Shown here one piece after another: positions 11,227-22,400 of a stretch of DNA of 64,000 nucleotides. The notes beneath the pieces are model-generated. The model was not told the DNA's origin, made no database searches, and saw nothing but the letters and a program-made list of their open reading frames with translations. Position 1 is the first letter of the stretch, and every line of letters starts with the position of its first letter. Source of the stretch: Eledone cirrhosa (Eukaryota); the NCBI GenBank assembly GCA_964016885.1, contig OZ024745.1:57536001-57600000 (forward strand), in the 5' to 3' direction. A program made the translations under genes and the position numbers.

Positions 11227-12653
11227 TATAATTAATTAAGAAATTTAGTTAATATATGAAACCTGACGATAAATCATTAGATTCCTTCACCTTTTTCTTT
11301 ATAAACTTTCTTCCTAAATATAAACTACTCTAAAATGTATATGCTCCCAATGTATTAAATAAAATTTACGTAAGATAAATTTCTATACTAAATATAAGGG
11401 CATCCGTAGAATCACTGGGTCTTCTAAATCTTTTAAATTATTTTTATTTTTTTATTTGTTTTTGACTCCGATAGTTTCATATGTCTACCCTTGCAATATT
11501 TTGTTTGACATATAGGTAGGATAGATTTCTATAATAAATATATAAAACATATTATTTTAACTTGAGATACTCTATAGTGTTTTAAAGATATTTAATGCTT
11601 TGATATTTCTATATTAATATATGGATATTTGATTATCTCTATACAAAGGCCATATATGTGTATTAACATGCATATAAAAGGTTTATAGGGTTTATTTATG
11701 TGTTCGTATAGGTGTCTGTATATATGTATAACGATGCTGGAAAACTCACGTAGATATTTATTTATACATATGTATGTGTATGTATGGTTGTGTGTGTATA
11801 TGTTGATGTGTGTTGCAGATATGCATAATATTAAATACATGAACGGTAATCATATATATGAGGACATGAATATTAATCGTATTTTTATGTATATATACTG
11901 TGAAATTTTTATAACACAAGAAATGTATAGAAGTGATCAAGTGAAATCATTTGTGTGTCTATATTATCGACTGGAGTAGACATAATTTCTCTTTTTTCAA
12001 GACGTACATATGCGTGTATATATATGTATACATATGTGTATCCGTATTTTTATAAATAGGGTATTTTTTTAAGGTTTTAACTCAGATTTTGGTATATTGA
12101 CCTCAAGGTGTTAAACTAAACATATGGTCATTATTGAACAATGTTATTTTCTCATATTATATATCTATGTCCCATTCATGAATATTGATATTTACATTTT
12201 TATTATTCATTTCATATGAATTGTTAACTCAACTTAATATGACATGACGTAAAGTTGTCACTATATCCTCCTCTCTCTATTTAGTGTTTCCTCTCTCTTG
12301 AGTTTCTCTATCTGTATGATGAATTATTATCTCTCTGTTGCTTCCTTTTGTTTTTCTTGTATCTTCCTTTTTTCTTTCTTTTTCATTTCCTCCTATCTAT
12401 TTATATCTTTCTTTTCTGCATACATTCCTCTCTCTCTGCGGTATTTCTCCAGGTTTTCTTTTTCTCTCTCTCCTTCTTTTTCTCTCTCCTTCTCTCTCTC
12501 CGTTTTTTCTTTCTCTCCGTCTTTTTCTAACTGTGCTTAACACTATAACTAATAAAATAATTATAAACATTTCACTATCCAGACAGCTTCCAAAAATAAT
12601 GGTTGCATCTAATAGGGTACTTCAAAATTATTTATAAAACTATTTATATATTG

Positions 12654-12718
12654 TATTTTGTCTGATGAAGGCATACCATATTTTAATTTGGTATCCCTGA
12701 AATATGTATAATGAAATA
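12654..12718 (+). ncRNA. Minimal type I HHR in the 3' pLTR
   Basis: CTGATGA 12662-12668, GAAA 12699-12702; identical to the inverted copy at 8643-8707. Confidence 0.85.
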
Positions 12719-12758
12719 AATATGGTTTTATAAATATAGTTTCCATTTATTTAATATC

Positions 12759-12829
<71 letters not shown>

Positions 12830-12830
<1 letters not shown>

Positions 12831-13497
12831 GTGGGAAAGTAAAAAGTCGGAGAATAGACCGTTAAAACATGTTTATTTAAAATATCACCTACGTACGTTT
12901 CGCCCAGTTGGGCTTCTCAAGGGCATAAATAATCACAAGTGTTCCTTATATAGTTCGGAAAGAGTTTTGGGGGTTAAATCTACATCAAGATTCATTGCTC
13001 GCAAAAATATCTTGTTTTGATTTTGCAGCAGGTCAAGGGAGGTAACTCTGGCCGGTGTTAGGGCAGTCTTTCCCGGATAATTTTTTTTTTTTTTTTTTAT
13101 GCCGCATCCGTTTGTCTGAGGCTGGGTCTGGTATGCAAGGATTGTTTTCTGGGTGTTATTTTGCTGCGCCTGCCCGCCGGGGTGTTAAGACTTGTTGCAG
13201 GGAGATCCAGTGTACTATTTCACTCTTCATCCTTAACCCATCTAAAGAAGGATATTTTTAAGCGATGTGTACAACTTATCGCTGTTTCAGCTCTGCTGTT
13301 GATGAGATCGTGGGGTGCATTTATGATGTGGTAGAGCTCCATGAGGCAAAGATCGCATTTCCTCTTGAAGTTGTACGGTGCAGCCCTGCCGACAATCTCC
13401 CAGTGCGTAGAGAAGCTGATGTTTAAGTCCTTTAGTGATGTGATGTAGTCCGCGAGCGAAGTGGAGTGCCTTAGTTTTCTATTTGTGAAAGAGTGGA

Positions 13498-13500
<3 letters not shown>
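12830..13500 (-). mobile_element. 5'-truncated Naiad-like PLE (GIY-YIG C-terminus, 3' region and pLTR)
   Basis: HSFTNRKLRHSTSLADYITSLK...WEIVGRAAPYNFKRKCDLCLMEL...LINSRAE..SCTH parallels the C-terminus of the 9003-11226 protein. HHR near the 3' end; TA arrays on both sides. Confidence 0.85.
12883..12927 (-). ncRNA. Minimal type I HHR, U3-A8 core variant (UUGAGAA)
   Basis: Minus strand: atgccc-TTGAGAA-gccc aact gggc-GAAA-cgtacg-TA-ggtgat. Palindromic stem III ACGTACGT; stem I imperfect. Confidence 0.75.
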
Positions 13501-13592
<92 letters not shown>

Positions 13593-13596
<4 letters not shown>

Positions 13597-14480
13597 AGTA
13601 TTTCGCTTGAAGCATAGCTTTATACAAATATATATGGTAATTTCGTATTTCTAAAGTGACACGGTTTTTGGAAGCCGTAGTTATGTAAACACCAGGGATA
13701 ACGCCCTCTGGTGGTGTCCAGCAGAAGCAAGTGGGACAACCGTCTATGCATTTCAGACTTGACTGGCCTTCGTCAGGACGGTCCCTCATGTGTTGTGATA
13801 TACATATATTCGTTGATGCTGTACTAAATTGTGTATTATTATCTCCTAGAATTAACCATCAATTGATTAATTTAATTAGACAATTCTATTGATCGATTAA
13901 TTGTTTATGTTTGTTTGATAACTTCTAGTTGAGTGCTTAATTCGGTTTGTGTAGGAGAATTTTTATTCCTCTGTTCCAAATTTTGAATTGACCGCCAAAA
14001 TCGGGGGTTATCTCCCTTTGGGAAAACCATGTGTTTGCTAGCAGCGCTTACTCTAGCATAAAACACCCGAGTAGACCAGAATGAAAAACTTGTTGATGAA
14101 GTAAACTCCATTGTTCTATCTTCAAAAACCATTAACTTGCAGACCGCTGAAAGAGGATTTTGTTGATTTCGGATTTACAGAAACCTAGCGGAGATATTGT
14201 GGATTATATCTGATGTATATTATATGGTATATATTATATGTATTATGTGATATGTATGATGTCGACGCGATGGTCCAGCTTAGTCAAATTTTTCCTGCGT
14301 TCAGTCTTTTTTGTGGATATGGTCACTGCGGCCCTTCTATCGGTCTCTGTCTTCATTTTGCAAAGCTCTCTAAACGTAATGTTATAACTTTAGGTTTATA
14401 TACCCTATCGAGTGCTTAGCTGCACACCGAAACTGCATTCGTTATCTTGGCTACAACCATGGCTTCGATGATGCTGTATT
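13593..14480 (-). mobile_element. Decayed PLE 3' portion with canonical HHR
   Basis: Broken peptides SAASKHM and LEVIKQT..INR (PLE endonuclease C-terminus-like) upstream of the HHR at 13733-13785; lies between microsatellites. Boundaries approximate. Confidence 0.45.
13733..13785 (-). ncRNA. Canonical minimal type I HHR
   Basis: Minus strand: accgtc-CTGACGA-aggc cagtcaa gtct-GAAA-tgca-TA-gacggt. Perfect 6-bp stem I and palindromic stem III ATGCAT. Confidence 0.9.
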
Positions 14481-14500
14481 AAATTTTATATATATATATA

Positions 14501-14642
14501 TAACAAAGGAGGTGTGGTAAGGAACCAAATGGACCATAACGCACCAGAGTACTCAATACGTAAGGTAGTAAAGTGGGTAATAGGAACATGTCCAGAAATA
14601 GCCGTCGACACGGCTTGAGCTCTGTCGTCGGGGTTAAAATTA

Positions 14643-14646
<4 letters not shown>
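14501..14646. mobile_element. Rearranged family A pLTR fragment in (TA)n
   Basis: 14501-14590 is the reverse complement of 5428-5520; 14590-14636 is the plus-strand 3' half of the family A HHR. Confidence 0.75.
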
Positions 14647-14673
<27 letters not shown>

Positions 14674-15699
14674 CGCAATATCAACGTTGCTGGGATTCTA
14701 CATGAGTGTGTTTTCTATTTATGTATCTGTGTAAGATTATGTTTTGCTATATTTATCTCACCTTTTTTCTCAATGTGCTAGTGTGATTTCTCTATTGATA
14801 AACAAGTATGACTTTTTCTCTATTGATTTATAGGAGAATACTATCCTATTGTCCTGAAAATATCAGCTAATTTGTTGGAATTTATTTCAGGAAAAAATAG
14901 CCTTTTTATAAAAGTACAATCGTGGATATATATTTAGCGTACACTGAAGCATTTCATGAACAGAAATTCACGTTTAAATTTAGCATTACATAGATTTGCT
15001 TGCAAAAAAAATGTTCATAACTTAACTATGCTTTAACTACAGGAAATGATTTTCGGCTAAACTCTTCCTGCATATAATTTAATTTATAGTGACTCGACAT
15101 TTTTCTTAAATATACATTTGATTCAATGATATTATTTTCATTCCATTAATTTGAAGTAGGAGGAACAACATGCAACAATGTTGTAAATTAAGTTGTACTG
15201 TTAATATGATTGAAATATTTCTCCGGATTAGAGTTTAACATAGAAAAACATTCGTTATTTTTGTTTACTATTTTTAGTCACAGGAGGAATCGCAGACCAT
15301 ATGGCATTTTAGAGGGTGCCCTTGTCTGCGGAGTGTTAGGTAAATCTTACACTTTTACAAGAAACAATGATCGAATCAGTGGAGCTGTTATCGAATCATT
15401 AAAATATAAAAGGTCCGGTGATGTATCCTGAGGTCTCATTGCAACTTCACTCAATCATTTACTATCACTGACTATGGGTTATGCTCATAACACTTCTCAG
15501 AATGTGGTAAATTATTTAGTTTGCATGAATGCAGTGAATCGTCTTTCCTATTATAACGTGCCTCCATCCTTTATAATGAGTCTGGGTTAGGTGTTTACAT
15601 ATTATTTCATCTTTGAAACGAAAAGACGTACTATAGTGAGCTAGCGTAAGTTTTCAACACTTTTGTCGAGTAGTTTAGGATTGGTAGGATACCTGAACC

Positions 15700-15900
15700 G
15701 CCCCTGGGTGATTTGACCCCCCCCCCACCATTGGGGAATTTATTTTATATTTTCATAAACATTCTTATATTTTTACATATTTTTATACATTTTATTTTTA
15801 ATTATTTTTGTTATGTATTTTTTAATCGATTTCATTGTAAACTGTCCCTGTCTTTCTATTGCCCCCTATATGTCGGCCCTTGTGGCCAATAAATGAAATT
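15700..15900 (+). mobile_element. Possible retroelement 3' tail
   Basis: Short GC hairpins (cccccacc attgggg; ggcccttgtggcc) followed by AATAAA and an att-rich end. Confidence 0.3.
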
Positions 15901-16727
15901 ATTTTCATTACCACCACCATTACTGCCATTGTTATTAGTTTTGCGGCTGTCACAAAGGCACATCAGCCTTTTAGTTATCATTACCTCTCATATCTTTCTC
16001 AAATAATATTTTTCCAATATAATCTCTCGTTTATTGTAATTACTTGAGGATTGATATATCAATTTTGTCTCCAATTTTCATAAAACTATTTCATGATCTG
16101 ATAATAATCTCTCGTGACATATTCCCTGACTATTAACATGCAATAGGGTATTACTAATTGGTATATCGTTATTCTGAAACTTCTACACAAACACATTTCT
16201 ATTTTACGTGACAATAGTACTTTACAAGATATATTGTGCTATAAGCTACCGTCATTTACTGGCAAACTAAGAGCTGAAAGAATCAATAAAAACACAGGAA
16301 AAGACTATTTTTATCTGTATGTATTTGCTTGAATGAGTGAACTATATTTTCAGACAATAAAACTATAATTTAATGACAGGTATTGATTAAACATAATTAG
16401 TTCCCATCAATAATTATACACGCTTGAATAACATTTACAACCATTAATTTATATCGTAATATTAGGACCTGTGTTTATTATTTTTATCAACATAACTTCA
16501 ATTCTTTATACTCTTGTACATTTGCCATCGTGTAGCAAATATTCTATGTTAATTATATTCAGTTTCGTTTTGCAGTATTACACAGCTTTCATAGATTTAA
16601 TTTTCTTTAACTTTAAACAGCCATGAACGTAAGCATGAATATCATACTCACTTGCTTTCAAATGTATTTTCGAATCTGAATCGCAATTTACAAGATGTAA
16701 CGTAAGAATTACTGATTGATGTACACA

Positions 16728-17412
16728 TTCTTCTTCTTCTTCTTCTTCTTCTTCTTCTTCTTCTTCTTCTTCTTCTTCTTCTAACTGCTTGCCCCTAGTA
16801 TCGGAGTCACTAATCTCTCAATTCGGAGAAGTAGCGGCTCTACCTGCAGCGATTCTCTGATCTCCGAGCTACGCACTCTATCGAACAACGTTTCTCCAAT
16901 GACCCTCCGGAGGAACCCCATGTCGGCCGCTTGTATTCACAATCATATAGTTCCGGTCATCACTCAAGATTCATGACAATAGACAAGCGTGGCATGAATG
17001 CCGAATTAAAGATAGCGGCAGGTCTTTGAGAAATCGTGCGAGTTCGGCCGAGAGATGCATTCTTCCTTTGTAGACCTCAAAAAGCCATATGACCTCCTTC
17101 CACAGGACCTGATATGGAAGGTTCAGCAGGATTATAGGAGCCAAGTTTCTATAGGAATGCTCGAATTTTTTTTTCGGATAAATGATGATATTAACCATTC
17201 AATGTGGGAGAAGAACACTGCCAGGAGTGCGCAGTGTCACCTGATCTGTTCATTATTTTCCTGAATAGGATTGACAAGCGCAGTCGGGTTGGAAGGGATA
17301 TCACAATTGGCATGTGTAGAATCAGTTGTATGGAAATTGCAGACGACATGGTATTACTTAAATCGACAGATGATCTCCGACTTGCGCTTTATAGGTTTGA
17401 ATCCGATTACTG
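16728..17412. mobile_element. RTE-type LINE fragments in opposite orientations, with (TTC)n tract
   Basis: Minus 16783-16975: IQAADMGFLRRVIGETLFDRVRSSEIRESLQVEPLLLRIE. Plus 17055-17412: FVDLKKPYD, CQECAVSPDLFIIFL, IADDMVLL. (TTC)n at 16728-16782. Confidence 0.75.
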
Positions 17413-18399
17413 ATGTTCCCCACATTAGCAAAATATACTCTTAAAGTTGCCCATCACAAGATGTGTGATGCTCTAGCATTTATATAATAAAACCATGCCA
17501 TTTGCTGTGAAGAACTGGTTCGTGTGATGAATAGATTTAAATAAAAGAACATTGTTTAAATATATAGATTTGTCGTCATAGAATGTAATGGAAAACTTAA
17601 TCATTTCAGATAATAATTACATGATAATCTTTGTGATAATGTTAGTCAGGAATTTTATATAGTATGTATAGTCAGTGCATTTTGCTCTTGGGTGAGACAC
17701 ATATTTCTCTTTAATACTTTACGGTTGTATATGATAAATATATACTATATCATATAAACTATATCTTGGCACAGAGTGAAATCAACAGCATTTTCGATAT
17801 TTACGGCAGATAAGTTTCTTCTGCTTTCCTGAGTCATACTGGCAGTATACTTTGATTAGCTTAGGTTTTCCTGACTGATTTCAGGAAATAATTACTATTG
17901 ATATTTAATGATTTTTACATGTATAATACTGTAGGAACTGGTAGGGGTTTGTAAAATGTGTTTGGCAATTATCATTTAACAGCAAGTAATTACTGTCATA
18001 TATCAGGTATATGATTTATTTCATGCCGCCTAATGTATAAGCTTATCGCGGAGATTCCGTGTCATGTCATTTGCGTAAGCTTTTGTGATTGAATTCTTGA
18101 AAGATATCTCATAAATATACAAATTTATGCATGATTAATTTAAATTATATAGCTTTTAGTTTTGATCAATAATTTTTCCCGATATCTTCTCTCGATATGT
18201 CTTTCTTCATATTTTATCGGTAGTTTTACGAATATTAATTGTAATATCTACGCAATATATTAAGCAAATGAAATTCTGTCAAATATTTTCGTCTATTGTC
18301 CAGTGTAGGTGCTTAGATTTACCATCATTTCCGCCCATTCAGGCATCCACTCAATTTGCTAGTGTTAAACTTCATTTGTGGAAGTTGTTAGCATAGAAA

Positions 18400-19055
18400 T
18401 TGTAGTTAACACTTTTGGAGATGGCACTCATTGTAAAAATATACATATATGTCTACGTTGTTTCATGGGTTGAAAACGCATCCATGATCCTCGAAAACTT
18501 CATAACTATGTTAAACGTTAAACATCTGATCAAAATCTCATCAAATCCTGAACGGATGGGTAGCACCCACATAATTGGTATAATCACTTTAATTAACATA
18601 GAAAAAAATAAAGAATTTACGTGGACACAAATGGCATACCTAAAGAAAACTATGTCAATCTCACTCAACCAAATATTATTTCACTACCACTCAAATATTA
18701 TTTCACTACCACTCAAAATACTCCAACATTATCAAATCCGACTTGAAATATACGGTAAACTGCAAGCCTAAACAAACCGATAATTGTCATTTATTGGGTA
18801 AAGGCCTCTATAACAATATCAATTTTCGATTTAGAATTGATACGATCTTAGTAGAGTATAAATATGTGGGTGCTTTACCTAATATCTTCCAAAAGCAGCT
18901 ATCTGTACACATGAAATCATTTAAGAACCCAAATTTATGTAAGTCGACATAAAATATCTGGATCATTCCATCTTTATTGCGCCGGGAGGGGCAGGCAATT
19001 CCTCTGTCTGTAGTAAGAAAGCTGGAGATTTCGGAGAAATGAAATGCACGTTATT
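18400..19055 (+). mobile_element. Decayed Naiad-like PLE endonuclease fragment
   Basis: NCHLLGKGLYNNINF...YKYVGALPNIFQKQLSVHMKSFKNPNLCKST parallels NCQLNNNCL..YVGSTSTEFKLRFNNHKNSF..KKSST. Followed by an HHR-like relic CTGGAGA-tttcggagaaat-GAAA-tgca (19022-19048). Confidence 0.55.
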
Positions 19056-19189
19056 AAGGTGCTTTTGGTGATTAGGTTGATTTCGGATTTGCGGGATTCT
19101 TAAACTACCGCCGGGTGGTTTTCGATAATGTCATTTCCTGATACTGCAATAGCAGTATTAATATAATGAAATTCAATTCTTAATATCTA

Positions 19190-19445
19190 TTAATGGAAAA
19201 TATGAAATCAAAAGTGACACAGAGGAGACTGAGGTTAGCTGAACATGTCCACCGACATCCAGAGTTGACATTGCACTCAGTGCTCCTGTGGGAATCCCTA
19301 CATGGACACACTGGAAGGGGAAGACCAAGGTTAACGTATGTTGATGCCATAAGGACAGACACTGGTTTGTTGGAGACGCAGGACATGGCAGCGATGATGA
19401 GGGACAGAGACCGCTGGAGAGAACTCATTCATGGATCTCGGTAAT
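19190..19445 (+). mobile_element. RTE LINE 3' fragment
   Basis: RRLRLAEHVHRHPE...VLLWE..HG...RGRPRLTYVD.IRTDTG.....MAAMMRDRDRWR, a typical RTE C-terminus. Confidence 0.85.
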
Positions 19446-22400
19446 TTTATTCGCCCTAGAATAGAATGTATCATCATAATAATGCGCGGAATATAATATA
19501 TAATTACATGGAAGGACTGGTGGAATAATTTGAACAAGTTTATGTAGTGTGGTGCATCGGAAAAAGTGTGCGTAGCTTAGAGAGTATGTTAAAATTAATG
19601 ATAAAATGCATAAGTATTTATTAAATATCGCTTGTTATATGTTTGTAACTTTCACATTTTCCAGATAACCATCCGCTAACAATCGTAATAGGAATAGTTC
19701 TGTTTATTTTCAGTTCTTCTAGATGGGGGTGTATCAAATTAACCATGCAACGAAGTGACAGTGGGATTTGAAATCAAAATGCAATTTACTGGAACTAATA
19801 TACCAAGGTTTGTCGTATGAGGCATAAACAATATCGTCAATTCGTTGACATTTTGTGCTAATTTATTTTATCGATTTGAATATGAGGGAAATTAAGGTTT
19901 ACATCGGAATAATACGTAATTAGGGTGCAGATATCCACAATTAATACCTCAAGCTATGCTGTCTTACGCACCAATAAACCTGTGGATTCGCAGCTATGTA
20001 TCACCATAACAGTTAGTTTGTTATAATGTTGACTTTATTTGAACAGATAATTGTATTTTGTGTAGTATGGCTTGTTATATCTAGTTTTGGGCTAGAAGTA
20101 TCTATCACTGGTACGAAGAGCTTTTTATTGTGGATTTAATTTCCATCTTTATTCTATTTAATTATTTAATTTAGGTTTGGTATGTGTCATTGAATGGGTT
20201 TCTGTAAGACAAATCCTATATGTTATGCCACGCCTCGCATAATATGTAGTCAAAGGACTCTGGTGAAACGATTCCGCAACAATTCTTTTTTCATTGTGTT
20301 GCTCCAATTTTAATTTTATTTGACATTTTGATTGCATTTTGTGAGGTGTATTTTTATTAGAATTAGCTTCTTTTATTCTGCTGTTGGGTAAATGGAAATT
20401 TATTATATATTACATCATGACACTAATAGCGGGTTTATTAAAATCTCCGTTGAAAATTTTCCTGTAATAAGTTATTTTTTTTATTTCGGTTCTGGTAGTA
20501 ATCAGTATGAAAAGCAGCATAGAGTATTTGACACTGATTACTCCTTTTGCTAAATATCAATTGAAATTAAACTGAAATGATATCAAGTAGAATTTAAAAT
20601 GAAAATCGGAATTAAAATTAAACAAAACCCACCCATGCATTCGCAAATCTTCAGCCCCAAATCGGCTTAAATATCTAATATCGATTAAGCTGAGGCAACA
20701 TACTTAATCAGTATCATATACTCTAAAATTCCTTTATACTTTAGTGTAATCAGACGTAACTTTAGTTATTACATACATGGTGTATTATATATATGGTGTC
20801 GAAACCTTAGTGTATTATATGGGGTCAGGCGTAGCGTCAATATGATAAAAGAAGAGAGAATGTATCACGTATATATCTTCGGTTCATTACATTATTCTGT
20901 TATACACTTTTCAAAGACACCACAGTGCTTCTGTAACAATTATTTAAAGTCTTGTCATCAGACAGGTAGTTAGGTGTAATATTATTTTATATATATATAT
21001 ATGTACATCCTCATATATTAATATAAATTGTCTTAAAATATAATGATCCCCAAGAGAAATTCATTGCCGAAACAAATATGAAACACGGCCAAAAAATGAC
21101 AGTATTCCCTCTCTGTGTGTGTATCCAGGGTTCAATCGGGGGAAACCTCAGTAAGTAAGGTACATAATACATAGCAGTTCTATTCCTGTAGAAGCCATTT
21201 ATATATATATAAATATCATATATTTTTTTTTCTTTTTCTTATTGTTGATGATTTTGTTACGCACATGCAAATGCATATATATATATAATAAAACACTTTC
21301 ATATATATACGTACAAACATACCTGCGTACACTCATACGAAACCCATATATACAAACACACTTATGTATGTGTATCTGAGCATTTGTATGCATTCATATA
21401 CTTTTAGAGTAATTTTCGTTTAATCAATAGTATAGAGAGCGTGTTGATGTGTGAGAAAATGACAAAGAGACGGTGAAAGTAATTAACATTAAAGAAAAAT
21501 ATCTATATCATTCTGTAATTATAAACACATAAATGATGTTTTGATGCGAGAAGACACGCTAGACCACCGTTGATATTTCGTATAACTATTATCTAATTAT
21601 TGATTATACAGTTACGTAGTCACACAAATAAATTATCGTATCATTCTTCGAAAGAAAGTAATGTCTACTGTTTATGAACAAAGTTTTACTCGTTTTCGTT
21701 TTTCTAGTTAACGCTTATATTAATAATTACATTGCTCTTTCATATTTACTAAATAATGTGTATAATATTTACGAAATAAATGGGTATGAATAATAAAGCG
21801 TGTTCATATTTTCTGCGTAGATGACAGATTAATTAATAATAAATTAACTCCCTTCCATCCCCAAATTGTATTGCCTAACATTCTGTGAATATGAAGTCAT
21901 ACGATTCGATAACAATAACTGTTTTCTCTACTAGTATCCCTTATCTCGGTAGTGTTTTGCATACACCTAATCTATGCCTTGGTATAGTGTGTCGGGTGTA
22001 TGCTCAATTTGATTACAACTGGAATACTGGTAATTATATATTTGCTCATAACGAATGCTCTGGGACGAATCACAATAATATCTGTTGTAGATACATGTCT
22101 GTTAATTAATCATTCCTGCCCATATCTAGCTCACTCAATAATTAGAAATTTATTAATCTACATATTCTGATATATCATGAATTACGAGAACAGGAGATAA
22201 GTTCTTTCTCAAGTAATTATTGTGCATGTAATTAATTGTCATGAATAATTACTATCCTTTAGATAGTAATTAATGAGAGTATACAAAAATAAATAAAACA
22301 ACTACGAAGAAAATACATTCTCTAAACTGGCGTAAAAGCGATAACTTTATATGTAGCTATCACGATTCAGCTCATTATGTTTCGTTCCTTATATATTTCT

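Larger units (their letters stand above)
8514..12760 (+). mobile_element. Near full-length Penelope-like retroelement (Naiad-like) with inverted and direct pLTRs, inserted in (TA)n
   Basis: Inverted pLTR 8514-8750, direct pLTR from 8751, RT+GIY-YIG coding region, ~1.4 kb 3' region, 3' pLTR 12610-12760; TA arrays on both sides. Confidence 0.93.

Noticed and set aside
11263-11300. CTGACGA followed by a small hairpin after the PLE stop (similar lone CTGANGA at 1969, 2692, 20956, 22913)
   Set aside because: No GAAA and no stems I or III in register.
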